64,000 bases of DNA, taken from positions 11,042 through 75,041 of the forward strand of contig CAURUU010000003.1 of assembly GCA_963528595.1 (NCBI GenBank), given 5' to 3'. Shown one piece after another: positions 45,663 to 54,565 of the stretch. A program made the translations under genes and the position numbers. Position 1 is the stretch's first letter; each line of letters begins with the position of its first letter. The notes beneath the pieces are model-generated. The model was not told the DNA's origin and searched no databases. It saw nothing but the letters and a program-made list of their open reading frames with translations. The stretch is from an uncultured Candidatus Saccharibacteria bacterium (lineage in GTDB: Bacteria; Patescibacteriota; Saccharimonadia; Saccharimonadales; Saccharimonadaceae).

Positions 45663-48313
45663 TCGTCGCTGACAGTTTTTGAGCTACTTGCGGTGTAGTA
45701 CCCTTCGTCGCGGACATTCACGGTGATAGTGTGTGATCCTGATGAGACATTGACTGAGACGCGGTCTGAGGCGCTGTTACCGCTGATATTGCTTGATTTG
45801 ACTGAACGTCCGTCAACCAAGATATCAAGCGTCGCTAGACCAAATTTTCCTCCGTCAACACTGACATCAATAGTGTATTTATTACTCGAGCCAGACGCGG
45901 TGATGCTAGCGACACGAGGCTTGGCATCGCTACAGTTGTGCACATCATCGTCAGCGGTAGCGTTGTAACCTGCTGGCGCACTGAAAGACTCTTTCTTGGT
46001 GATTGGGTCGACCGCCTTGATCACGTCAACTTCTTCTCGTGCGCCCTCTGGAGTACAGGAAGTAGCCTTCTTTTTAGAGATGCGGTCAAATGTCATCTTG
46101 GACGAACTTTGTCCTTGGTTTTGGTTCCACCATGATGGATACAATTCTTTACCATTTTGTTTGATGCCAGATGGCCTAGTAAACCACATACTGGACTTCC
46201 ATTTGCCAGCGGGTTGATAAACCTGTGTGTGTGCAAAGCTCATGACCTTTTGGATCACCGGGAGACCCGTTGACGAGTTCATGGAAGTCAAGGTACGACT
46301 GTCAGAGTTACCAAGCCAAAGCGTCATGGCGAGAGCTGGTGTGTAGCTCGCCAGCCAGATGTCTTTTGGTTGATTGCCTTTGTCGGAGGTTCCGGTCTTG
46401 TAGCTGGCGCGAACCCCAGGAATACTTCCTGTCACCAATGTATTTGATCGGTCAGACAGGATATCGTTGGTGATGTAAGCGGCTTGCGGGTCGACGGCCT
46501 GCTTTGATTCATCTTTCCATTTCAGGAGGGTTTCGTTTTGAGAATTAATCACTTCAGACACGGAAGTAGATTTTTTCCTGACACCCAAGCGAGCCAAGGT
46601 ACCATAGGCATTAACCAGTTCAGTTTGTTTGGCGCCACATCCACCGATGGCGGCTGATAGACCATAGCCACCTGAGTCTTCCTCCTGCTTACAGTATTCT
46701 GAGTTACCAAGACCTCGGATGAACTCCACAGTTGGCTTTGGACTACCGTTACCAGCAATGTACATTGCTTTCACCGCTGGGGTGTTACGAGACAGACCAA
46801 GTCCTCGGCGAATGGTGATGTCACCCATGAACTTGTTGTCCCAGTTGTTCAGCTTGGCGCCGTAAATTGAGTCAATGTTTTCGTCTTTCAGTATGGTGCC
46901 ACTTCCGTAAGCTTGGCTACCACGCTTACTGAACAGGTGAGTAAACACAAATGGCTTGATGGATGAACCTGGCTGGACAAAGGCTGTGGCGGCGTTGTCC
47001 TGGCCAAAGCCTGGATAGTTAAAGTCACGGCTACCCATCAGGGCAACGATTTGACCCGTTTGCACGTCTTCTATGACTGATGCACCGTTGTGAGCGTTGA
47101 TGGCGGCTGGACGACCAGTCGCAAAGAAGGCTTTCATCTCATTTTCTAGTTTTTCTTGGATGCGCCAGTCCAGTGTTGTTTTGACAGTTAGTCCGCCTCG
47201 TCCAACAACCGCTTGACCGAGCTCTTTCTCGAGTTGTGATCGAACCATCATCACGAAGTGCGGCGCTTTCATACCTTCAGTCTGCTCAACTTGTGGATAG
47301 AGATTGTCAAGGATTGGGTATTTTTTGGCTTCATCTGCTTCTTTTTGAGTGATGTAGCCTTGTTCTGTCATGTAGTCTAAGATTGTGTGTTGGCGCTCGA
47401 TCAAGGCCTTATTGCCAGCAGTATTGTACGGATTAAAGTAGGACGGATTCTGCGGAATTCCTGCTAGCAGCGCCGCTTCAGCTATGGTCAAATCTTTTGC
47501 GCTCTTGTGGAAGTATGTTTGTGCAGCTGACTCAGCACCGTTACGGCGACCTCCATATGGCGATTCGTTGAGGTATAGCGACAAGATTTGGTCTTTGTTG
47601 TACATGCGCTCAACCTCAATCGCCAAAATCATCTCTTTGATCTTACGCGGGATACCCTTGAGGCCACGTTCGCCAGCTTCATCGGCAAAGAATACCTGTT
47701 TGACGAGCTGCTGGGTCAATGTCGATCCTCCCTGGACCTGTCCTCCAGATGCCGTTGAGAACACAGCACGCGTCAAGCCACTGACACTAACTCCGTGGTG
47801 CTTGTAAAAATCTTTGTCCTCGATGGCAACAGTAGCATGTTTCAGGTGATTGCTAATTTGGTCACCTTCGACCACCAGTTTGTAGTTACCAGTTCCTTTA
47901 TCTTCCCAGAGTAGCACGCCATTACGGTCATAATATTTCGTGACTGTTGTTTGGACACGTTTGGCAATTTCGCCTGGTCGAATCTTATCCAAGTCTTTGC
48001 GGAAATATGCGAACAGCCCACCGATAAACAAGATCATCAATAGCAGAGTAATACCAGCAATTTTCAGCGCCATCTTTGCGCCGCGTTTGGAGAACCAATA
48101 GTTAGCTAACCGCTTTGGATGTAAGCGATAGAAAAATCGCTTCACTGGATGCTTCGGCAAGCTTGCCAAATATTCAGCACGCTCGCGCGAATCTTTATCT
48201 TTTTTAACTTTACGCTTATGTGCCAGATTGGCATATAAGCTTAATCGCTTTGTCGCAGATTTCCTGGGACTAGAAGGCGATTTGTTGCTGCTACTTGTAC
48301 TACTCTTATTCAC
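45659..48313 (-). CDS. bifunctional penicillin-binding protein 1A (GT51 + transpeptidase) with C-terminal Ig-like domain
   Basis: Motifs seen: EDKDFYKHHG, GSSIKPF, KTGTS. The proposed start is GTG 48313, 7 nt after TGATATAAT (48328-48321). ATG 48451 would overlap tyrS. Confidence 0.88.
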   Translation of the reverse strand: MNKSSTSSSNKSPSSPRKSATKRLSLYANLAHKRKVKKDKDSRERAEYLASLPKHPVKRFFYRLHPKRLANYWFSKRGAKMALKIAGITLLLMILFIGGLFAYFRKDLDKIRPGEIAKRVQTTVTKYYDRNGVLLWEDKGTGNYKLVVEGDQISNHLKHATVAIEDKDFYKHHGVSVSGLTRAVFSTASGGQVQGGSTLTQQLVKQVFFADEAGERGLKGIPRKIKEMILAIEVERMYNKDQILSLYLNESPYGGRRNGAESAAQTYFHKSAKDLTIAEAALLAGIPQNPSYFNPYNTAGNKALIERQHTILDYMTEQGYITQKEADEAKKYPILDNLYPQVEQTEGMKAPHFVMMVRSQLEKELGQAVVGRGGLTVKTTLDWRIQEKLENEMKAFFATGRPAAINAHNGASVIEDVQTGQIVALMGSRDFNYPGFGQDNAATAFVQPGSSIKPFVFTHLFSKRGSQAYGSGTILKDENIDSIYGAKLNNWDNKFMGDITIRRGLGLSRNTPAVKAMYIAGNGSPKPTVEFIRGLGNSEYCKQEEDSGGYGLSAAIGGCGAKQTELVNAYGTLARLGVRKKSTSVSEVINSQNETLLKWKDESKQAVDPQAAYITNDILSDRSNTLVTGSIPGVRASYKTGTSDKGNQPKDIWLASYTPALAMTLWLGNSDSRTLTSMNSSTGLPVIQKVMSFAHTQVYQPAGKWKSSMWFTRPSGIKQNGKELYPSWWNQNQGQSSSKMTFDRISKKKATSCTPEGAREEVDVIKAVDPITKKESFSAPAGYNATADDDVHNCSDAKPRVASITASGSSNKYTIDVSVDGGKFGLATLDILVDGRSVKSSNISGNSASDRVSVNVSSGSHTITVNVRDEGYYTASSSKTVSDD

Positions 48314-48399
48314 GTAATCTATTATATCACGCACATGGTTCGCATCAACTGCCAAAAATTGATATACTGATACTAAGATTAGCTGACCAAGGAGAAAAT

Positions 48400-49623
48400 A
48401 TGCAGTTATCAGAGGAATTACAGTGGCGCGGGTTTTGGAACCAGACCACATTCACCAACGACAAGCTTATCGATTCGGAGAATTTTACACTCTATTTGGG
48501 GACAGATCCGTCAGCTGACAGTTTGCATGTCGGGCATTTGGCGGTCTATATGATGGTGCGGCATTTTTTGGAGCGCGGACACAAGGTGTTTCTACTGGTT
48601 GGTGGCGGCACGGGTATGATTGGCGATATGCGCGATACCGAAGAGCGGAGCCTACTTTCATATGCAGAAATCGAACACAATAAGCGAGCTTTGAAAGCAC
48701 AGGTGTCACAAATTTTCGCCGGACGCGATTTTACCTTGGTGGACAATGCGGACTGGTTGGGCAATTTGGAATTGTTGCCGTTCCTCCGCGACATTGGCAA
48801 GAATTTCAACATGGCAGATTTGATCGGTCGTGAATTTTTCAAGGCACGCATCGACAACGGTAAAGGGCTGAGTTTTGCGGAATTTACCTACACGTTGCTG
48901 CAGGGGTATGATTTCTGGCATTTGTTCAAACACCACGGTGTCAATTTGCAAATCGGCGGCTCTGACCAGTGGGGTAATTTGGTTTCAGGTGTGGAATTGA
49001 TTCGTAAAAAAGAAAACGCTGAAGTTTACGCCATGACTGCACCGCTACTCATCAACAAATCAACTGGGCGCAAATTTGGCAAATCCGAAGGTGGCGCGGT
49101 GTGGCTGGACGAAACCAAAACCAGTGTCTATAAATTCTATCAATTCTGGCTGAACGTTGATGACGAAAGTGCCATTGAGTACATGAAAATCTTTACCATG
49201 CTCGATCGCGACACCATTGAGGCCATCGCTGAAAACCATGCGGTTAACCCGGGTGCGCGCTCGGCCCAAAAGGTCTTGGCACGCGAAGTCACCGACATCG
49301 TCCACGGTGTCAATCGGCGCGAATCAGTGGAGCGGGTGACTGAAGTGCTGTTTGGCGGCGGCGATTTTCGGCAATTATCAGACGATGACCTGGACGCTCT
49401 CGCCAAGGAAATCCCGCGCGTTGATGTCGGCGTCGGCGTGATCGAAGCGTTGGTGGTTTCCGGTGCGGTCAGCTCCAACGGCGAAGCAAAACGCCTATTG
49501 AAATCTGGCGCCATCAGCCTCAACGGCGAAAAAATAGCCGAAGACCAAGCCGTCAACACCACGTCGCTACTGAAAAAAGGTAAAAATACATTTGTGCTAA
49601 TCATGGAGGGAGACGAAGAATGA
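48400..49623 (+). CDS. tyrS: tyrosine-tRNA ligase
   Basis: AAGGAG SD before ATG 48400. HVGHL (HIGH), KFGKS (KMSKS) and a C-terminal S4 domain are present. Confidence 0.95.
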   Translation: MQLSEELQWRGFWNQTTFTNDKLIDSENFTLYLGTDPSADSLHVGHLAVYMMVRHFLERGHKVFLLVGGGTGMIGDMRDTEERSLLSYAEIEHNKRALKAQVSQIFAGRDFTLVDNADWLGNLELLPFLRDIGKNFNMADLIGREFFKARIDNGKGLSFAEFTYTLLQGYDFWHLFKHHGVNLQIGGSDQWGNLVSGVELIRKKENAEVYAMTAPLLINKSTGRKFGKSEGGAVWLDETKTSVYKFYQFWLNVDDESAIEYMKIFTMLDRDTIEAIAENHAVNPGARSAQKVLAREVTDIVHGVNRRESVERVTEVLFGGGDFRQLSDDDLDALAKEIPRVDVGVGVIEALVVSGAVSSNGEAKRLLKSGAISLNGEKIAEDQAVNTTSLLKKGKNTFVLIMEGDEE

Positions 49624-50375
49624 AAAAAATCATAGCTTTTGATTCAGATGACACCATTGTCCTGTCAAAAATGCCAGCGACACCACGCATGGCTGGTTTA
49701 TTGGCAGAATTATTGAAGCATTACGACGTGTGTATTATTTCTGGCACTGATTTTGAAGGAGTGATCTATCCAAACACTGTTAGGCAAATTGAACAAGTTC
49801 CGGGCGTTGATCTCAGCCGGCTGCACATCATGCCGACCTGTGGCACTCGGTACTATCGTTTCCAGAATGGTGAGTGGCGACTACAATACCAAGAAGATTT
49901 GACTAAGGAGCAAAAGGCTCGGATTTTTGAAGCAATTGAGACCTCGGCCAAGGAACTTGATATGTGGGTGGACGATCCAGCTGGCGAGATCATCGAAGAT
50001 CGTCTCAGTCAGGTGACATACTCTGCGCTGGGTCAAAAAGCCACACCTGAAGACAAATACGCATGGGCTGAAGCCAACAAGGAAAAGCGTAAATTGCTTA
50101 ACGACGCTGTCAAGGCACGCATCCCAGAGTTTGAAATTCGGACGGCCGGCACTACTAGCTTGGATGTTACCAAACCTGGTATCGACAAAGCACATGGCAT
50201 GAAAAAACTGATGGAAGCAACGGGCGTAGCTAAGGAAGAGATTTTATTCTTCGGCGACAAACTAGAAGAAGGTGGCAATGATTTCCCAGTCAAAAATATG
50301 GGCATTGATTGTATTGCTGTGGAACGCTGGGAAGATACCGCCTACGCGCTGGAAGGCATCAACGCTGTTTCGTAG
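49620..50375 (+). CDS. HAD-superfamily (IIB-like) phosphatase
   Basis: FDSDDT nucleophile motif and C-terminal GDKLEEGGNDFP. ATGA overlap with tyrS. Confidence 0.8.
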   Translation: MKKIIAFDSDDTIVLSKMPATPRMAGLLAELLKHYDVCIISGTDFEGVIYPNTVRQIEQVPGVDLSRLHIMPTCGTRYYRFQNGEWRLQYQEDLTKEQKARIFEAIETSAKELDMWVDDPAGEIIEDRLSQVTYSALGQKATPEDKYAWAEANKEKRKLLNDAVKARIPEFEIRTAGTTSLDVTKPGIDKAHGMKKLMEATGVAKEEILFFGDKLEEGGNDFPVKNMGIDCIAVERWEDTAYALEGINAVS

Positions 50376-52418
50376 ATGAAGCTGACGACTCCACTGGAAC
50401 ATATCAAAGGCGTCGGCCCCAAAACTGCCCAAGCACTGGCGGCGGCGGGTCTGGAGACGGTGGCGGACGCTCTGGATTTTTTGCCGCGGGCGTATGACGA
50501 TTATTCGGCGGCGGTCAATATCGCTGATCTTCAGCCGGGCAAGGTGACGGTGCGGGCGCGCTGCGAATCGATTTCCACGCGGATTGTTCGCCGAGGCTTA
50601 AGGATCACCACGGCGGTGCTGGCGGATGATTCCGGTAAAGTCAAGGCCGTCTGGTTTAATCAACCATACCGCGAATCGCAGCTGAGATCTGACGCTGAGT
50701 TTATGTTCTCTGGCCAATTTGGTATGCAGTATAACAGCTATCAGATCAGCAATCCGTCCGTCGAGCTCGCCAAACAAACAAATTCGTCCGACGCTCAGCC
50801 CACCTCAGGCATCCATCCCGTCTACAAATCCATCAAAAATCTTCGCCCAAAAACCGTGCAGGATTTGCTGAAAAATCTGCGACCTATCATGGAGTTTTTG
50901 CCTGAAACACTACCAGAAGACATTGTCCAGCGGCAAAAACTAGTCAGCCGCACCGAGGCCGTCAAGTTTCTCCATGCGCCCAACAATCATGAGGAAATTG
51001 CCCGCGGTCGTGAACGCTTGGCGTTCGAAGAGTTGTTTGAAATGATCTTGGCAGCGCAGTTGAATAAGCAAGAACAAACCAAGCTAACTGGCTGGTGCAT
51101 TCCGTTCAATCAGCCGGTCGTCAAGCAATTTGTTGAGCAACTGCCATTCCCCTTGACCAACGCGCAGCGCCGCGCTGCCTGGCAGATTTTGCAAGATTTG
51201 GAGTCCGAACATCCGATGAATCGCTTGCTGCAGGGTGATGTCGGCTCGGGCAAAACGGTGGTCGCCGGGCTGGTAGCGGCGGAAGTGGCGCAGGCTGGTT
51301 TCCAGACAGCCATCATGGCGCCGACCGAGATTTTGGCGGCTCAGCACGCCAAAACGCTGGATGAACTGTTATCGCCGTTCGGCGTGTCAGTGGCGCTGCT
51401 AACGGGACATGTCAAGGGCGCTCAGCGGCGGCAACTGCTGGATAACTTGGCAAATGGTAACATCAACGTGGTGGTCGGTACGCACGCGCTGATTCAGGAA
51501 AAAGTTGCGTACCATAAGCTCGGTTTTGTGGTGATCGACGAGCAGCATCGGTTCGGCGTCAAGCAGCGGCAGGCGTTGCTGCAAAAGGCAGATTACATGC
51601 CGCATCTGCTCAGCATGACCGCCACGCCGATTCCGCGGAGCTTGGCTCTGACGTTGTACGGTGAACTGGACATCTCGATTTTGGACGAGCTACCAGCTGG
51701 GCGCCAGCCGATTGAAACGAAAATTTGGTCGCCAGCCTCAGCGCCGAAGCTCTATGAAACCATCGACCATGAACTAGCCCAGGGCCGCCAAGCCTACGTC
51801 ATTTGCCCATTGATCGACGACAATCCTGACAATGACAAGAAGTCGGTCGAGGCGGAATATCACAAATTGGCAAAAACAATGTTTCGTCATCGCCGCGTCG
51901 GATTGTTACACGGTAAACTGCCGCCGGAGGAAAAAGCCGCGGTCATGCAACAATTTGCCGACGGTGAGCTTGACATACTGGTGAGCACCACGGTGGTGGA
52001 AGTTGGCGTCAATGTGCCGAACGCTACGGTCATGCTCATCGAAAATGCCGATCATTTTGGGCTCAGCCAGCTCCATCAGCTGCGTGGGCGGGTTGGACGT
52101 GGTGAGCACCAGAGCTTTTGTCATTTGATGATGTCGGGTCATGATAAGCCGAGCCAGCGCCTAAGGGAAATTGAGAAAGCTCAAGACGGCTTCTACTTGG
52201 CGGAAGTTGATTTGAAACTACGCGGCCCTGGTGAGATTTACGGACGAGCGCAGCATGGCGCGCTGAACCTAAAAATTGCCTCGCTGAGCGACACGCCACT
52301 GATTGCCCGTGCGCAAACGGAGGCCGAGCGCTTTGTCAAAGAGGGGCAGGATTTGCTACAATATAACCATCTGGCGCGTGCCGTCAGTCGCTATCAGCGA
52401 TTAACCATTTTGAATTAA
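50376..52418 (+). CDS. recG: ATP-dependent DNA helicase RecG
   Basis: Wedge domain, GDVGSGKT, DEQHRFG. Confidence 0.95.
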   Translation: MKLTTPLEHIKGVGPKTAQALAAAGLETVADALDFLPRAYDDYSAAVNIADLQPGKVTVRARCESISTRIVRRGLRITTAVLADDSGKVKAVWFNQPYRESQLRSDAEFMFSGQFGMQYNSYQISNPSVELAKQTNSSDAQPTSGIHPVYKSIKNLRPKTVQDLLKNLRPIMEFLPETLPEDIVQRQKLVSRTEAVKFLHAPNNHEEIARGRERLAFEELFEMILAAQLNKQEQTKLTGWCIPFNQPVVKQFVEQLPFPLTNAQRRAAWQILQDLESEHPMNRLLQGDVGSGKTVVAGLVAAEVAQAGFQTAIMAPTEILAAQHAKTLDELLSPFGVSVALLTGHVKGAQRRQLLDNLANGNINVVVGTHALIQEKVAYHKLGFVVIDEQHRFGVKQRQALLQKADYMPHLLSMTATPIPRSLALTLYGELDISILDELPAGRQPIETKIWSPASAPKLYETIDHELAQGRQAYVICPLIDDNPDNDKKSVEAEYHKLAKTMFRHRRVGLLHGKLPPEEKAAVMQQFADGELDILVSTTVVEVGVNVPNATVMLIENADHFGLSQLHQLRGRVGRGEHQSFCHLMMSGHDKPSQRLREIEKAQDGFYLAEVDLKLRGPGEIYGRAQHGALNLKIASLSDTPLIARAQTEAERFVKEGQDLLQYNHLARAVSRYQRLTILN

Positions 52419-52419
52419 T

Positions 52420-53235
52420 ATGTATGCAGGAACAACAATTAGAGATGGCTCTGGCCGATTTATCGGTGTTCATCAAAAGATAGATCGAGTGGCCAGGCGG
52501 CATCTGACGCCAATGCTGCCTGATTGGTGTGAGTTTCCTGATATCAAAGATATTCTGCATTTTGAAGGCAAAAACGGCCCTGACGGCGTCAAGCGCAAAA
52601 GTCCAGCCGTTGACGAGCCGTGGCACTTCATCAATCCAGACGATCCGAATGACACGGCGCTTTTGGAGATGATTGACCAACATATCGATAATCTAGCGAA
52701 GGCGTTGCAGAAAAATAATTCTGAACGAGCTGCCTTTGAAGCCGCGTGGATGGCGCACGCCATCACCGATGGTCTGACGCCGGCGCATCATTTTCCGCTG
52801 GAGCACGCCATGCAGGAGCTGCGCGGTGGCGAAGGTCTGGAGACACGAACCTCAATTCTTAAGAAAAATGTCATGAAGGGTGACACGGGGATTGAGCTCA
52901 TCAAAAACAACTGGAAGTTTTGGGGCGCCAAAGGTATGATGACCATGCATGTGGCGTTTGAAGCGGGCGTGGCGAGCGTGGTGGCCTATCCGCGCTTTAA
53001 GGACGCCGTGCCAAGCGAGGCTGAGATTTTACAGGTCAAGCAGCAAGGCTATCGGAAATATTATTTGGAGCAAGTTCACGCCGTGGCCGACCTAAAAATG
53101 TATGACAATTTTGGTAAAAACGGCTGGACGACTGATTTGGCGCGGCAAACCAACCATGAACTGATGCCAATTATCATCAAAGCCGTCATGCTGGGTTGGC
53201 TGACGTCGGTGTGGAAGCTTGAGGCCAAACGGTGA
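52420..53235 (+). CDS. hypothetical protein with zinc-dependent phospholipase C / S1-P1 nuclease-like HxxxDxxxPxH motif
   Basis: AWMAHAITDGLTPAHH. The gene sits tightly between recG and rsmD. Confidence 0.6.
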   Translation: MYAGTTIRDGSGRFIGVHQKIDRVARRHLTPMLPDWCEFPDIKDILHFEGKNGPDGVKRKSPAVDEPWHFINPDDPNDTALLEMIDQHIDNLAKALQKNNSERAAFEAAWMAHAITDGLTPAHHFPLEHAMQELRGGEGLETRTSILKKNVMKGDTGIELIKNNWKFWGAKGMMTMHVAFEAGVASVVAYPRFKDAVPSEAEILQVKQQGYRKYYLEQVHAVADLKMYDNFGKNGWTTDLARQTNHELMPIIIKAVMLGWLTSVWKLEAKR

Positions 53236-53771
53236 GAGTACGCATCATCGCTGGCGAATTTGGTGGACGATTTATCCAAACGCCGCCAGGCTCAACGACA
53301 CATCCCATGGGCGAACGGGTCCGTTCAGCAATGTTTAATTCACTGGGCGAAACAGTCCGCGGTGCGCGGGTTTTGGATGCTTTTGCCGGCTCTGGCGCCA
53401 TTGGCTTGGAGGCGCTCAGTCGCGGTGCCGAGTCAGCGGTTTTTGTGGAGCGAGACCGAGTTGCGCAGCGTGTGATCGCCGAAAACATAGCCAGTTTGGG
53501 CGTCGATGAACAATCTATTGTAATAAAAACAACGATATCAAATTGGTTGGAAAGCATGAGCGTAACAGAGAAGTTCGATATCATTTTTGCCGATCCGCCA
53601 TATCACAACCCGCAGTTTTCCACAGTTTCGCGACTAATGGGGCTTCTCAAACCAGGTGGATGTATGATATTATCACACCCAGGAATAGGTGAGGTGCCAG
53701 TTCAAAACGGAATTGTTGTGGTGGACAATCGTAGTTATGGGGAGGCGCACCTCACCAAGTTCCTACGATAA
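53232..53771 (+). CDS. rsmD: 16S rRNA (guanine966-N2)-methyltransferase
   Basis: Motifs seen: MRVRIIAGEFGGR, DAFAGSGA, DPPY. Confidence 0.85.
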   Translation: MRVRIIAGEFGGRFIQTPPGSTTHPMGERVRSAMFNSLGETVRGARVLDAFAGSGAIGLEALSRGAESAVFVERDRVAQRVIAENIASLGVDEQSIVIKTTISNWLESMSVTEKFDIIFADPPYHNPQFSTVSRLMGLLKPGGCMILSHPGIGEVPVQNGIVVVDNRSYGEAHLTKFLR

Positions 53772-53914
53772 CCATCATAGTTAGTCAGTAGTCCCGATGT
53801 ACGTCGAGGGCTTTTTGTTATGTCAGCGCAGAACACAGTATTGCAAAAGTAAACTCTATATGGTATAGATAGTTGCTAAGACATATGTGGAACCAAAAGA
53901 GGAGGAGTGAAAAT

Positions 53915-54127
53915 ATGCCACGTGCTAATCATGACCTAATGGAGCGAGAACTTACAGGGGCAACTGCTAGTAGTCCTGAGGATAGTGATATGAGAGCGCT
54001 TTATGACGCCATTTGTACGCAGGAAAATTTTGACAAAGAACAGGCACGAATTGACGATCTTAGGAAGTTTGGTCAGGAAGTTTTGGACAAGTTTGGTTAC
54101 GCGGAATATAGCGAAATAACCGTTTAG
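53915..54127 (+). CDS. small acidic hypothetical protein (70 aa)
   Basis: A strong AAGAGGAGG SD lies before ATG 53915. Confidence 0.5.
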   Translation: MPRANHDLMERELTGATASSPEDSDMRALYDAICTQENFDKEQARIDDLRKFGQEVLDKFGYAEYSEITV

Positions 54128-54189
54128 CCTTTGCTGATTTGCAGGACAAATAAAAAGAGCCTCGCCGGGAAGCTCGTGATGATACTTTT

Positions 54190-54264
54190 TGGTGCGGATG
54201 GGGAGAGTCGAACTCCCGTCTCAACCTTGGGAAGGTCACATAATAGCCGTTATACGACACCCGC
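54190..54264 (-). tRNA. tRNA-Gly (anticodon CCC), CCA encoded
   Basis: Folded by hand. Acceptor GCGGGTG/CATCCGC, anticodon loop TTCCCAA, T arm GGGAG-TTCGACT-CTCCC. Confidence 0.9.
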
Positions 54265-54330
54265 GTTCTTAAAAGTATATCACCCTTGCCAGATGGCGAC
54301 AACTTTAGTACAATGAAGTAGCAAGTTTGT

Positions 54331-54406
54331 GGCTCTTTAGCTCAGTTGGTAGAGCAGAGGCCTGAAGAGCCTTGTGTCCCCAGTTCAAGTCTGGGAGGAG
54401 CCACCA
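54331..54406 (+). tRNA. tRNA-Phe (anticodon GAA), CCA encoded
   Basis: GGCTCTTTAGCTCAGTTGGTAGAGC..., anticodon loop CTGAAGA, T arm CCCAG-TTCAAGT-CTGGG. A TTGCCA-17-TACAAT promoter lies upstream. Confidence 0.95.
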
Positions 54407-54455
54407 AATATTGCATTTTATTCGCGGCTTTGTTACAATAAATCGTGAATTACAT

Positions 54456-54531
54456 GCGGGTTTAGCTCAGTTGTTAGAGCGCTTCCTTGCCATGGAAGAG
54501 GCCAGGAGTTAGAGTCTCCTTACCCGCACCA
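54456..54531 (+). tRNA. tRNA-Gly (anticodon GCC), CCA encoded, with an unusual D-loop/T-loop
   Basis: Anticodon loop TTGCCAT. The D loop is AGTTGTTA (U19) and the T loop is TTAGAGT (A56). Confidence 0.85.
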
Positions 54532-54541
54532 ATTTTGAATG

Positions 54542-54565
54542 TCGAGCTTTTTAGCTCGATTTTTA
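54542..54565 (+). terminator. intrinsic terminator after the tRNA pair
   Basis: TCGAGCT-TTTT-AGCTCGA forms a perfect 7-bp stem followed by TTTTT. Confidence 0.8.

Noticed and set aside
48295-48451. Long 5' extensions of tyrS (from 48295) and PBP1A (from 48451), which would overlap each other divergently.
   Set aside because: tyrS has AAGGAG before ATG 48400 and a canonical N-terminus from there. PBP1A has TGATATAAT 7 nt before GTG 48313. The extensions would make two genes overlap head-to-head by about 150 nt.
54128-54189. A possible terminator or hairpin after the 70-aa ORF (GAGC...GCTC).
   Set aside because: The stem is only 4 bp with a long loop, which is not convincing.
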